A DNA stretch of 64,000 nucleotides from Actinomycetota bacterium (GCA_036390995.1 DASWAT010000083.1:3052-67051); one strand, 5' to 3'. Shown: positions 38,505 to 47,872, numbered from the stretch's first letter. The notes: generated from the sequence alone by a model not told the origin. Translations and numbers: made by a program.

Positions 38505-40164
38505 GGGGCGCGGGCTCTGGCACTCGTTCGCCTTCCGGCTCGGGGTGGCGTTCGCGGTGGTCGCCATCGCAGCATCGGCGCTGACCGCCGGGCTGGTGAG
38601 CGCCGCCTTCGGCTCACCCTTCGATCGCTACCTCGAGCAGCAGCGATCGGCGCAGGTCGGCCAGATCACGTCACTGGTCGAGCACGCCTACCGCGGGAAC
38701 GGCAGGTGGAGCAGCGAGGCGTTGTCCGCCGTGGTCCCCCTCCTCGGATCGGGCACACTGCGGCTGGAGGACCCGTACGGCAAGACCGTCTGGCAGTGGC
38801 CCTCCAGACCGTCGCCCAGCCCGACACCGACCGGCACGGCCGGCGAGGGCACGGGCCAAGGCTCGAGTGGCGGCGCCACCCCGACCCCGTCCGGCACGTC
38901 CACGTCTGGCGGTTCCGGTGGATCGGATCACGGGAGCTGGGACCACGGCGACGGCTGGGACAACGGCGACGGTGACTGGACGGGTGGCGGGGGTTGGAGT
39001 CGGAGCAGCTCGGGGGCCATGACGAGGTCCTTCCTGGCTGCCGGCGACGAGATCGACGTCGTGCTGGTGTCCGCATCGGGCTCGCGGTCGAGCACATCCG
39101 CCCTGGGTCCCGCCCAGCGCATCCCGATCGAGGTCGACGGACGGACGGTGGGGTACGCGGTGATCCGGCTCCGCAAGGCGAGTCAGCAACCGAGTGCGGT
39201 CGCGTTCAGGTCGGACCTGGTGAAGCGGCTACTGCTCGGCGGGATCCTGGCGGCGCTCCTCTCGCTCGGGCTCGGTCTGATGTTCGCGCTTCGTGCGACG
39301 GCGCCCGTCCGGCAGGTCCGAGGAGCCGCGCGTGCCCTCACGGCCGGCGACCGATCTGTGTCGCTCCAGACTGAGCGGTCGGACGAGTTCGGCGACGTGG
39401 GCCGCGCGCTGCGGACCATGGCCGACTCCGTGGAGGAGGAGGAGCGCCTTCGCCAGGGCTTCGCTGCACAGGTCGCGCACGAGCTCCGGACGCCACTCAC
39501 GATCCTGCAGTCGCAGGTGGAGGGGCTCCGCATCGGGGTGCTCGAGCCGACGCCCGAGGCCATCGTGTCGCTCCACGAAGAGGTTCTGCGGATCTCGCGG
39601 CTGGTTGCCGACCTCCAGATCCTGGGCTCCGCCGATGCCGCCGGCTTCTCCCTCGAGCGGGCCACGACCGACCTCCGGGAGGCCGTCGACGAGACGGTCC
39701 GGGAGTTCGCCGGGCTGTTCGAGGGCTCGGAGGTGCGCCTGGAGAGCCGCCTGGAACCGGTGATCGCCTGGGTCGACCGCGTTCGGGTGGGCCAGGTGCT
39801 CTCGAACCTGCTCTCGAACGCCCTGAAGTTCACGCCGCCGGGTGGCCTGGTTCGGGTGGAGCTCCGGCGCGACGAGCCGTGGGCCGTGCTGCGGGTCTCG
39901 GACTCAGGTCCCGGCATCCCGGCTGACGAGCTGCCGCACGTGTTCGACCGGTTCTTCCGGGGCCGCGGGTCGCGCTCGAGCGGCTCGGGGATCGGGCTCA
40001 CCGTCGTGAGCGAGCTGGTCCGAGCCCACGGCGGCGAGGTCGAGGTCTCGAGCGACCCGGGGAGCGGTGCCACGTTCACGGTTCGACTCCCCCTGCAACC
40101 GACACCCGCTCGAAGGCGGATCCGCGCGGGATCCGAACCGGCCGTCTCTGCAGCCTCGTCCTGA
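38497..40164 (+). CDS. Two-component sensor histidine kinase with low-complexity D/H/W/G-rich extracytoplasmic loop
   Basis: Overlaps the RR stop by 8 nt. TM1, then about 190 aa of Ser/Thr/Gly-rich periplasmic loop containing GSDHGSWDHGDGWDNGDGDWTGGGGW, TM2, HAMP-like region, H-box AHELRTPLT, and the N/G1/G2 boxes (SNALKFT, DSGPGI, GSGIGL). Confidence 0.85.
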   Translation: MGRGRGLWHSFAFRLGVAFAVVAIAASALTAGLVSAAFGSPFDRYLEQQRSAQVGQITSLVEHAYRGNGRWSSEALSAVVPLLGSGTLRLEDPYGKTVWQWPSRPSPSPTPTGTAGEGTGQGSSGGATPTPSGTSTSGGSGGSDHGSWDHGDGWDNGDGDWTGGGGWSRSSSGAMTRSFLAAGDEIDVVLVSASGSRSSTSALGPAQRIPIEVDGRTVGYAVIRLRKASQQPSAVAFRSDLVKRLLLGGILAALLSLGLGLMFALRATAPVRQVRGAARALTAGDRSVSLQTERSDEFGDVGRALRTMADSVEEEERLRQGFAAQVAHELRTPLTILQSQVEGLRIGVLEPTPEAIVSLHEEVLRISRLVADLQILGSADAAGFSLERATTDLREAVDETVREFAGLFEGSEVRLESRLEPVIAWVDRVRVGQVLSNLLSNALKFTPPGGLVRVELRRDEPWAVLRVSDSGPGIPADELPHVFDRFFRGRGSRSSGSGIGLTVVSELVRAHGGEVEVSSDPGSGATFTVRLPLQPTPARRRIRAGSEPAVSAASS

Positions 40165-40246
40165 ACAGGCTGAGGGTCGGTTCCGGGGTACGCTTCCATG
40201 GTCGTGAGGACCTGTCGGATCGATCTCAGGGGGTGACCGGGCCCTG

Positions 40247-41110
40247 ATGAGAGCCGAAGACGTGCGGCGGGTCGGGGTCGTGGGGTGCGGCGTGATGGGC
40301 TCGGGCATCGTCGAGGTGTGCGTCCGGGCCGGCCTCGACGTGCGGTTCCTCGAGGCCACGCCCGAGCTGGTCGAGCGGGGCCGGGCTCTGATCGAGACCT
40401 CCACCTTGCGCGCGGTCGAACGCGGGAAGCTCTCGGAGGGCGAGCGCGACGCCGCGCTGGCCCGGGTCGGGGCCACCACGAACGTGGAAGACCTCCACGA
40501 CCGCGAGCTCGTGATCGAGGCGGCCACGGAGGACTACGACACGAAGCGCGAGCTGTTCCGTCGGCTCGACGAGGTCACGCCGCCGGACGCGATCTTGGCC
40601 AGCAACACGTCGTCGATCCCCATCGCCGACCTCGGCGCGATGACGAAGCGCCCGGACAAGGTGATCGGGCTCCACTTCTTCAACCCGGTGCCGGTGATGG
40701 GCCTGATCGAGATCGTGAAGTCCATCACCACGGCCGACGAGACCGTCGAGTTCGGGCGTGCGTTCGGGGTGATCCTCGACAAGACCACGGTGCTGTCGCG
40801 CGACCGGGCCGGGTTCATCGTGAACATGCTGCTGATCCCATACCTGAACGGCGCGGTGCGGATGCTCGAGGAGGGGTTCGCCACGCGCGAGGACATCGAC
40901 ACCGCGATCCACCTCGGCCTGAACCACCCGATGGGCCCGCTCAGCCTCATCGACCTGATCGGGGTGGACACCACGCTGTTCGTGGCCAACGTCCTGTACG
41001 AAGAGTTCAAGGAGCCGTTCTTCGCGCCGCCGCCGCTGCTGAAGCGGATGGTCACGGCGGGGCACCTCGGCCGCAAGAGCGGGCGGGGCTTCTACGAGTA
41101 CGAGGACTAG
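40247..41110 (+). CDS. hbd: 3-hydroxybutyryl-CoA (3-hydroxyacyl-CoA) dehydrogenase
   Basis: VGVVGCGVMGSGI Rossmann motif and SNTSSIPI. 287 aa of the HCDH family. Confidence 0.85.
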   Translation: MRAEDVRRVGVVGCGVMGSGIVEVCVRAGLDVRFLEATPELVERGRALIETSTLRAVERGKLSEGERDAALARVGATTNVEDLHDRELVIEAATEDYDTKRELFRRLDEVTPPDAILASNTSSIPIADLGAMTKRPDKVIGLHFFNPVPVMGLIEIVKSITTADETVEFGRAFGVILDKTTVLSRDRAGFIVNMLLIPYLNGAVRMLEEGFATREDIDTAIHLGLNHPMGPLSLIDLIGVDTTLFVANVLYEEFKEPFFAPPPLLKRMVTAGHLGRKSGRGFYEYED

Positions 41111-41562
41111 CTTCCCTCGTCGGGGATCAGCAGGGCCGGACTGGCCACCGCCGCGATCCCGAACAGTGCGAACGCCAGCACGTGGGCGACGGTGCACCAC
41201 AGGCAGATCGCGTCGATGATGAACAGCTCGGCGTAGATCAGCCATAGCGCGAACCCGATCCCGGCGATCGTCGCGGCCAGGCGAACGAGGTGGATGCTGC
41301 GCGCCTCGGATCGCCACGCGGTCGGCACGCACAGGGCGGCCATCGCCACGAACCATGCGAGCCCGAGCAGCGCGACGGGTATCCCCAGGATCGTCGATTG
41401 CGCGCTCGTCGTGACGACCTCGCAGTTCACCCTGTCGCCGGTGCCGCACGCGAGGACATCCGGGCCCGCGTAGTGCGCGATCGTCAGATACGTGGAGACG
41501 GCGATCCCCGCGACGGCGATCGACAGGCTCACCGGTGGGACCCATCGCGCGACCCGACTCAT
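41107..41562 (-). CDS. Vitamin K epoxide reductase (VKOR) family membrane protein
   Basis: 4 TM, a loop Cys pair (ACGTGDRVNCEVV) and the active-site CxxC within TM4 (ICLWCT). Its stop overlaps the hbd stop in a CTAG palindrome. Confidence 0.7.
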   Translation of the reverse strand: MSRVARWVPPVSLSIAVAGIAVSTYLTIAHYAGPDVLACGTGDRVNCEVVTTSAQSTILGIPVALLGLAWFVAMAALCVPTAWRSEARSIHLVRLAATIAGIGFALWLIYAELFIIDAICLWCTVAHVLAFALFGIAAVASPALLIPDEGS

Positions 41563-42494
41563 GACGGTCCTTCCCCTGTAGCCCGTGGCCGGGCGACCAG
41601 GCCGGCCGCGTAGCCGACCAGCTTCGCCGCGTCGACGAACGCGACGAGCGCGGGGACCGTGGCGACGGCCCTCGCGCGTTCGGACGGATCGTCGAACCGC
41701 CGTAGTGCCCGCCGGACCGGGGTGGCCGCATACGCGGCTGCCCCGGCGAGCGTGGCGGCTTCCAGCAGTCGGCTACGCGAGCTCCAGGCCACGAGCGCCC
41801 CGCCGTACACGGCGAACCTGAGCGCGTGCCGCTCGGGATGCATGCCGGCGACGCCGTCGCCGCGCGCGTAGCGGACGTACTGGGTCCAGGTTCCCGCGAG
41901 GGTCGCACGCAGCGGCCACCGCACCACGGCGTCGGGGACGAAGCGGAGGTCAAGGCCGAGCTCGCGCCACCGGTGGTCGACGTACATGTCCTCCCCGATG
42001 TCGAGCCACTCGGGGTACCCATCGGCCGCCTCGATCGCCCCACGCCGGAACGCCACCGAGCGCGAGGACGGCATGAACCTCGACGGGTCGATCTCCGAGA
42101 CGTCGGGAAGGTTCACGCACGCCATGACGCGCGCGAGGAAACCGTCGGCGATCGGCTCGTAGAACCCCATCGCCACGTCGGCCCCCTCCTCGACGGCCGC
42201 CACGAGTCGCTCGAGCCATCGGGGCTCGGGCTCGCAGTCGGCGTCGGAGACGGCGATGGCGTCGTGGGTGGCGGCGGCGATCGCGACGTTGCGGCCGCGG
42301 GCGATGTTCGCGCCCGGCTCCTCGATGAGCGTGATGCCATCCGCGCGCCGGAGGACCTCCACCGTCCCGTCCGTCGATCCGCCGTCAACGACGACAACCT
42401 CGTCGGGCGGCCGCGTCTGCGCCGCAACGCTTTCAAGGAACGACCCGATCCGGCCGCCGGCGTCCTTCACGGTCGCGATCAGCGAGACCTTCAC
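41559..42494 (-). CDS. Glycosyltransferase family 2
   Basis: GTG at 42494 overlaps the upstream stop (GTGA). VSLIATVKDAGG, VVVVDGGSTDGT, and the DxD motif AVSDADCEP. Confidence 0.7.
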   Translation of the reverse strand: MKVSLIATVKDAGGRIGSFLESVAAQTRPPDEVVVVDGGSTDGTVEVLRRADGITLIEEPGANIARGRNVAIAAATHDAIAVSDADCEPEPRWLERLVAAVEEGADVAMGFYEPIADGFLARVMACVNLPDVSEIDPSRFMPSSRSVAFRRGAIEAADGYPEWLDIGEDMYVDHRWRELGLDLRFVPDAVVRWPLRATLAGTWTQYVRYARGDGVAGMHPERHALRFAVYGGALVAWSSRSRLLEAATLAGAAAYAATPVRRALRRFDDPSERARAVATVPALVAFVDAAKLVGYAAGLVARPRATGEGPS

Positions 42495-43618
42495 TTCGTC
42501 CCCGCGACCTGCTCGTAGACCTGCAGCGTGAGGCGCGCCGTCTCGTCCCAGGAGAAACGCTCCGCCTGCGCGCGTCCCCACGTGGCGAGCCGCTCGGCCA
42601 GGCTCACGTCCGTCAGCACCTGCTCGATCGCGTGGGCGATCTCCCGCACCGATCGCGGGTTCACACCGAGCGCGGCGTCGCCGGCCACCTCAGGGATCGA
42701 CGACGTGTTCGACGCGATCGTGGGCACGCTGCGCGCCATCGCCTCGACGACGGGCAGGCCGAATCCCTCGTACAGCGACGGGTACACGAACGCGGTGGCG
42801 CCTCGGTACAGCGCGTCGAGATCCTCCGCCGGCAACGCCCCGGTCATGACGATGTCCCCCGGGCCCTGCAGCGCGATCTCGCGCATGAGCGCCTCGTGGT
42901 GCCAGCCGAGGGCGCCGGCCAGGACCAGCGCGTGTGGGAGCCCGGACGCGGCCACCCGCCGGTAGGCTCGGATCAACCGCACGAGGTTCTTCCGGGGCTC
43001 GAGCGTTCCCACGAACAGCACGTACGGCTGCGGGATCTTCAGCCTGGCGAGCGCCTCGTCGGGATCCCTCCCACTCGGTTCCAGGGACGAGGCGAGCGGG
43101 ATCACGTGGAGCCGCTCCGGGTCCACCGATGTCCGGGACACGAGATCCTCGGCCGTGTTCCGCGAGGGCGTCAGGATCGCGTCGGCCCTGCGGACGGCGG
43201 CGCGGAGCCCCAGCCGGTACAGCCATCGCCAGCCCCGAGGGAACAGGTTCGGGAAGTGCACGAACGCGAGGTCGTGCACCGTCACGACGAGACCCTGGCC
43301 GGCGGCTGCGGGGGGGATCGCCGCGGGATTCGTGCCATGCACCACGTCGGCCGAGCCGAGCGATGCCGGAAGGCCGGGGCGCCCCAGGAGGTCCCACCGC
43401 GGATACAACGCCTTGATCGAGGCGGGGAGCTCCTCCACCCAGAAGTCCCGGACCCACCGCTCGGGGGGCTGTTGCCCGTCGAAGCGCGCATGGAACAGCG
43501 CGAGCTCCAGGCCGGGATCCTGCCGGGCAAGAGCGGGGACGAGGTTCCGGACGTACGTGCCGATCCCCCCCGGCGCCTGGAACCACAGCTGGTCGATGTG
43601 GATCGCGACCCTCGTCAC
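42491..43618 (-). CDS. Glycosyltransferase family 4 (GT-B, RfaB-like)
   Basis: GTG at 43618 (VTRVAIHIDQ). C-terminal EX7E-type motif (YPSLYEGFGLPVVEAMA). The upstream 5' part of ORF 42491-44119 is read-through. Confidence 0.75.
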   Translation of the reverse strand: MTRVAIHIDQLWFQAPGGIGTYVRNLVPALARQDPGLELALFHARFDGQQPPERWVRDFWVEELPASIKALYPRWDLLGRPGLPASLGSADVVHGTNPAAIPPAAAGQGLVVTVHDLAFVHFPNLFPRGWRWLYRLGLRAAVRRADAILTPSRNTAEDLVSRTSVDPERLHVIPLASSLEPSGRDPDEALARLKIPQPYVLFVGTLEPRKNLVRLIRAYRRVAASGLPHALVLAGALGWHHEALMREIALQGPGDIVMTGALPAEDLDALYRGATAFVYPSLYEGFGLPVVEAMARSVPTIASNTSSIPEVAGDAALGVNPRSVREIAHAIEQVLTDVSLAERLATWGRAQAERFSWDETARLTLQVYEQVAGTK

Positions 43619-43646
43619 CGGGAGGCCGCCTCCGGGTCGGCCGCGG

Positions 43647-43943
43647 TCACCGCGACGCCTCCACGCAGGACACGCCGTCCGCTCCCACGGTGGCCGCGTG
43701 CTCGGTCCCCGGGTCCATATCCAGCCGGTCGCCCTCCGCGAGCTCGACGTCGCCCTCGCGCGTGTGGAACACGATCGATCCCTCCAGGCAGAAGAGCACC
43801 TTGTGGTAGTCGTGCGTGTGCCAATCGTACGCAGCCCTCGGCGCGTTGCTCCACGGCCGGGGAGCCGAACAGGCTTCGTCGCGGAAGGCCGCGAGCGCCT
43901 CTTCCCGTCCGGGGACCGCTGCCCGGGTCCGCAGGGCGCCCAC
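43647..43943 (-). CDS. Cupin-domain protein
   Basis: WHTHDYHKVLFCLEGSIVFHTREGDVELAEGDRLDMDPGTEHAA cupin beta-barrel motif. GTG at 43943 is chosen because the upstream ATG (44030) would overlap the AccE-like gene. Confidence 0.5.
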   Translation of the reverse strand: MGALRTRAAVPGREEALAAFRDEACSAPRPWSNAPRAAYDWHTHDYHKVLFCLEGSIVFHTREGDVELAEGDRLDMDPGTEHAATVGADGVSCVEASR

Positions 43944-43971
43944 CGGGATCCGATCCTCGCCGGCCTCTGGG

Positions 43972-44238
43972 CTACCGCGCGTCGCTTCGCCCGGTGAGGA
44001 TCGGCACCCCCGGCCGAACGAACCGGGCATGCCCCAGCATGCCCCAGGCCGAGTCGGCGTAGGGCCGGGCCTGGAGCGCTCCCCATCCCGTGGCCTCGAT
44101 ACGGCCGGCGAGCACCCACGGATGGGGGCGCGGGCTCTCCTGGGCGAAGTACCGCTCGAGGGCGCGCAGCACGGCGCGCTCTTCCTCGGGGGAGAGGCCC
44201 TCGGGCACCTCGAAGCTGCGTTCGTGCGTCATCGGCAC
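43972..44238 (-). CDS. Putative acyl-CoA carboxylase epsilon subunit (AccE/PccE-like)
   Basis: 88 aa, 7 nt downstream of pccB. GLSPEEERAVLRALERYFAQE...SAW resembles the ACC_epsilon family pattern (PEE-ϕAAϕ-ϕ-ϕL...W), and its position matches the canonical pccB-pccE arrangement. Confidence 0.45.
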   Translation of the reverse strand: MPMTHERSFEVPEGLSPEEERAVLRALERYFAQESPRPHPWVLAGRIEATGWGALQARPYADSAWGMLGHARFVRPGVPILTGRSDAR

Positions 44239-44244
44239 CTCACC

Positions 44245-45834
44245 TCACAGGGGGATGTTGCCGTGCTTGCGGGCCGGCACGGCTTCGCGCTTGGTCGCCA
44301 GCATGTTCAGCGCGCGGATCAGCCGGGGACGCGTCTCGGCGGGCTCGATCACGTCGTCGACGTATCCCCACTCGGCCGCGACGTAGGGGTTCGCGAACTT
44401 CCGCTCGTACTCGGCGATGAGCTCGCCCCGGCGCCGCACCGGATCCTCGGCCTTCTCGATCTCCTTCTTGAAGACCACGTTCACCGCGGCGTCGGGGCCC
44501 ATCACCGCGATCTCGGCGGTGGGCCAGGCGAACGAGACGTCGGCGCGAAGGTGCTTGGAGTTCATGACGAGGTACGCGCCGCCGTATGCCTTGCGGGTGA
44601 TCACGGTGAGCCTCGGCACGGTGGCCTCCGCGAACGCGTACAGGAGCTTCGCCCCCCGCCGGATGATCCCGCCGAACTCCTGCGCGGTCCCCGGCAGGAA
44701 CCCCGGCACGTCCACGAACGTGACGAGCGGGACGTTGAACGCGTCGCAGACCCGCACGAATCGCGACGCCTTCTCGCTGGAGTCGATGTCGAGCGTGCCG
44801 GCGAGCACCTTCGGTTGGTTCGCCACGATGCCCACCGTGCGGCCGTCCAGCCGCGCGAACCCGACCACGATGTTCATGGCCCAGAACGGGAAGACCTCGA
44901 AGAAGTCGCCGTCGTCCATCACGCGGCGGATCACCTCGTGCATGTCGTACGGCTCGCGCGCGGAGTCTGGGATCAGATGTGTGAGGCCCTCGTCGTGGCG
45001 CTCGGGGTCGTCGACCGGCGCGTACGAGGGTGGGTCCTCGAGGTTGTTCGACGGCAGGTACGAGAGGAGGTGGCGGACCATCGCGAGGCACTCCTCCTCG
45101 TCCGTGGCCACGAACGACGCCACACCGGAGCGCGACGCGTGGGTCATCGCCCCGCCGAGCTCCTCGAACGTCACGTCCTCGCCGGTCACGGTCTTGATCA
45201 CGTCGGGGCCCGTGATGAACATGTGCGCGGTCTCACGCACCATGAACGTGAAGTCGGTCAGGGCCGGCGAGTAGACGGCGCCGCCGGCGCACGGCCCGGT
45301 GATCACGCTGATCTGGGGGATCACCCCGGAGGCCCGGACGTTGCGCTCGAAGATGTACCCGTAGCCGGCCAGGGACGCCGCGCCCTCCTGGATCCGCGCC
45401 CCGCCCGAGTCGTTGATCTGGATGAACGGCGAGCCGGTGGACATCGCGAGGTCGAGGACCTTGCAGATCTTCTGCGCGTGCACCTCGCCGAGCGAGCCGC
45501 CGAACACCGTGAAGTCCTGCGAGGCCGCGAAGGCGCGCCGGCCGTCCACGGTACCGTAGCCGGTGACCACGCCGTCGCCCGGCGGCCGGTTCCGGTCCAT
45601 CCCGAAGTCGTGGGACCGGTGCGCGACGAGCGGATCCGTCTCCTGGAACGAATCCTTGTCGAACAGCAGGTCGATCCGCTCGCGGGCGGTGAGCTTGCCG
45701 CGCTCGTGCTGCTTGCGGACGGCCTCCTTGCGGCGCTCGTCGAGCATGGCCGCCTTGCGCTTGCGCAGCTCCTCGATCCGCTGCTCGACCGTCACGACGG
45801 GGACGGCGGGCGGCTGTTCCTCGGTCTTGGCCAT
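44245..45834 (-). CDS. pccB: Propionyl-/acyl-CoA carboxylase carboxyltransferase beta subunit
   Basis: 529 aa carboxyltransferase with [33 protein letters not shown], and [11 protein letters not shown] motifs. Confidence 0.9.
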   Translation of the reverse strand: MAKTEEQPPAVPVVTVEQRIEELRKRKAAMLDERRKEAVRKQHERGKLTARERIDLLFDKDSFQETDPLVAHRSHDFGMDRNRPPGDGVVTGYGTVDGRRAFAASQDFTVFGGSLGEVHAQKICKVLDLAMSTGSPFIQINDSGGARIQEGAASLAGYGYIFERNVRASGVIPQISVITGPCAGGAVYSPALTDFTFMVRETAHMFITGPDVIKTVTGEDVTFEELGGAMTHASRSGVASFVATDEEECLAMVRHLLSYLPSNNLEDPPSYAPVDDPERHDEGLTHLIPDSAREPYDMHEVIRRVMDDGDFFEVFPFWAMNIVVGFARLDGRTVGIVANQPKVLAGTLDIDSSEKASRFVRVCDAFNVPLVTFVDVPGFLPGTAQEFGGIIRRGAKLLYAFAEATVPRLTVITRKAYGGAYLVMNSKHLRADVSFAWPTAEIAVMGPDAAVNVVFKKEIEKAEDPVRRRGELIAEYERKFANPYVAAEWGYVDDVIEPAETRPRLIRALNMLATKREAVPARKHGNIPL

Positions 45835-45969
45835 GGTCCCCGGAGTCTACCGTCGGTGCGGCGATGGGGCTCCGGGACGGGCCCACGGCGTGGCCGCGAT
45901 CGTCCGTGCGTGCTTGACCGGCTCTCGGCCCCCGGCGAGACTCCGTGCGGGGCTCGCGAGGAGGGGACG

Positions 45970-46455
45970 ATGCCGACGTCCTGGTCATGGTTCACGTTCT
46001 GGCTCCTCGTGCATCTGCTGGCCGTCGCAGTGGCGCTGGGTCCGACGTTCGTCTTTCCACTGATCATCCGCTTGTCCGAGCGTCGACCACGGCACGCCGT
46101 CTTCGGCAAGGAGCTCGACGTGTTGATCCAGACGCGCCTGGTCCTGCCAGCGCTCCTGGTGGCCGGCCTCTCCGGTATCGGACTGATCGTGACCGCGAAC
46201 GTGGATCCGGCCGGCTCCGAGTGGCTCCTGATCTCGCTGGGGCTCTACGCGGTGTTGCTGGCGTTCTCCGTGGCGATCCAACTGCCGGCCACCAGGCGAG
46301 CGGTAGTGCTGCTGCGCGACGCGGCCGGCGGCGACCCCTCGCCGAAGCTCGCTGCCGTGAACCGTCAGCTGCGCCGCGCCGGAGGCGTCCTGTCGATCCT
46401 GTTCCTCTCGATCCTCGTGCTGATGATCTGGCGGCCGGGCGCCGCCGTGGGTTGA
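45970..46455 (+). CDS. DUF2269-like 4-TM membrane protein
   Basis: ATG 45970 after gaggagggga. Four TM helices (WFTFWLLVHLLAVAVALGPTFVFPLI etc.). Confidence 0.55.
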   Translation: MPTSWSWFTFWLLVHLLAVAVALGPTFVFPLIIRLSERRPRHAVFGKELDVLIQTRLVLPALLVAGLSGIGLIVTANVDPAGSEWLLISLGLYAVLLAFSVAIQLPATRRAVVLLRDAAGGDPSPKLAAVNRQLRRAGGVLSILFLSILVLMIWRPGAAVG

Positions 46456-46516
46456 GGGGGGCGAGGAGCCCCCGGAGGTCATCCGGGGGCTCTCGCGGGT
46501 GAGGTCGTCGCTCGCG

Positions 46517-47872
46517 CTAGGTGTAGAGCGTCACCTGGCCGGCGATCCTGCCCTGCTCGTCGAACAGGAAGGCCGTGACACCGTACATGCCCTCCCAGCC
46601 ACCGCTCCCGTGGTAGAGCTCGAGGTACCCGGCGAGCCGCCCCCGGATGGTGACGTCGGATGCCCGTTCGAGCGTCAGATCGCCGAACTGGTTCATCGAC
46701 GTGAGCGCCCCCCGGATCGCGTTGCGACCCTCGTAGACGTCCGGCGTCGTCCCGTCGGTCGTGACCATGATCGCGTCCTCGGCGTAGAGCTCGGCCGCCG
46801 CGTCCATGTTGCCGGTGCTGATGGTGGCGAGCAGCTCGTCGATGGTCGCCACCCGTTTGCTGATCGCCTTCGGTTTGATCCACGTCCCCGCCGACTCGGG
46901 GCCGGACGTGTAGAGCGTCGCCTGGCCGGCGATCCTGCCCTCCTCGTCGAACAGGAAGGCGGTGACACCGTACGTGCTCTCCCAGTTGGTCCCGTGGTAG
47001 AGCTCGAGGTACCCGGCGAGCCGCCCCCGGCCGATGACGTCGGATGCCCGTTCGAGCGTCCAGTCGCCGGACACGTTCATCGAGGTGAGCGCTCCCCGGA
47101 TCGTGTCGCGTCCTTGGACGACCTCCGGGATGGACCCGTCGGTCGTAACCATGGTCGCGTCCTCGGCGTAGAGGTCGGCCGCGGCCTGCATGTCATGACT
47201 GCTGATGGTGGCGAGCAGTTCGTCGATCGCCGCCTCGGCGTTCAGCGGCACCGGCGTCGGCAGCCTCGCCGGCTCCGAGGGCGCGAACAGGCTCACGCCC
47301 ATGACGACGAGGCCGACGGCGACCACCAGGCCGGCGAACGGCAGCCAGCGGAAGAGCCGTGGCCGCCCGGCCTTCTCGGGCCGGACCTCGGGGAGCTGCA
47401 TGCTCGGGATCCGGATCTCCTGCCGTGCCTTGCTGTCCATCTCGGTTCCCCCTTCCGATGGAGCGGTGCGTGGCTCGGCCGCCGGTCCATGGGCCGGAGC
47501 CGTCCCCGCACCGATTGCCCCGTGAGCGGCAAGGGCGGATCGTCCGCGGAGGCGGACGATCACGAGCGCGCTGACCCCCAGCAGCACGATCCCCGCGCCG
47601 ATGGCCAGGGTGGGCAGGACGACCCCCGCCACACCGTCGCCCGGGGTCGTCGGGGCCGAGACCCCGCCGGCCGGCTGCGTCGCACCCTGCTCGCGGAGCG
47701 CGAGCAGGGCGCTGCCGATCCCGACGGCGGCGATCACCAGGCTGGCGACGATCGTGGCGATCCGCTGGGTGCGGAGCTTGCGCTCTCGCCGTCGGACCAG
47801 GCGATCCATCGCCGGCTCGGGCATGTCGAACCGCCGGCCCGCCCGCTCGAGCATCACAGACGTGTCCCTCAT
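46517..47872 (-). CDS. Sigma-coupled 3-TM membrane protein (putative anti-sigma/sensor) with two tandem NTF2/SnoaL-like domains
   Basis: ATG 47872-47870 overlaps the sigma stop (ATGA). N-terminal MRDTSVMLER...RRRERKLRTQRIAT, three TM helices, then two approximately 80%-identical NTF2-like/SnoaL_2 (DUF4440-like) repeats (ATIS..MD/QAAA[DE]LYAEDA.MVTTDG...GRLAGYLELYHG...GVTAFLFDE.GRIAGQ.TLYT). Confidence 0.6.
   Translation of the reverse strand: MRDTSVMLERAGRRFDMPEPAMDRLVRRRERKLRTQRIATIVASLVIAAVGIGSALLALREQGATQPAGGVSAPTTPGDGVAGVVLPTLAIGAGIVLLGVSALVIVRLRGRSALAAHGAIGAGTAPAHGPAAEPRTAPSEGGTEMDSKARQEIRIPSMQLPEVRPEKAGRPRLFRWLPFAGLVVAVGLVVMGVSLFAPSEPARLPTPVPLNAEAAIDELLATISSHDMQAAADLYAEDATMVTTDGSIPEVVQGRDTIRGALTSMNVSGDWTLERASDVIGRGRLAGYLELYHGTNWESTYGVTAFLFDEEGRIAGQATLYTSGPESAGTWIKPKAISKRVATIDELLATISTGNMDAAAELYAEDAIMVTTDGTTPDVYEGRNAIRGALTSMNQFGDLTLERASDVTIRGRLAGYLELYHGSGGWEGMYGVTAFLFDEQGRIAGQVTLYT
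46524..47297. repeat. Intragenic in-frame tandem duplication (2 x 387 bp) encoding two NTF2-like domains
   Basis: Copies at about 46524-46910 and 46911-47297, for example gtgtagagcgtcacctggccggcgatcctgccctgctcgtcgaacaggaaggccgtgacaccgtacatgcc versus gtgtagagcgtcgcctggccggcgatcctgccctcctcgtcgaacaggaaggcggtgacaccgtacgtgct. The protein repeats are about 80% identical. Confidence 0.7.

Noticed and set aside
43619-44119. 5' end of ORF 42491-44119 as a 167-aa N-terminal extension of the GT4 glycosyltransferase
   Set aside because: The extension is R/G/P low-complexity and overlaps two better-supported small genes in other frames (cupin 43647-43943, AccE-like 43972-44238). The GT4 conserved N-terminus begins at GTG 43618.
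46524-47297. Tandem repeat considered as CRISPR-like or minisatellite array
   Set aside because: There are only two copies of a 387-bp unit, in frame inside a protein-coding gene, with no spacer/repeat architecture.
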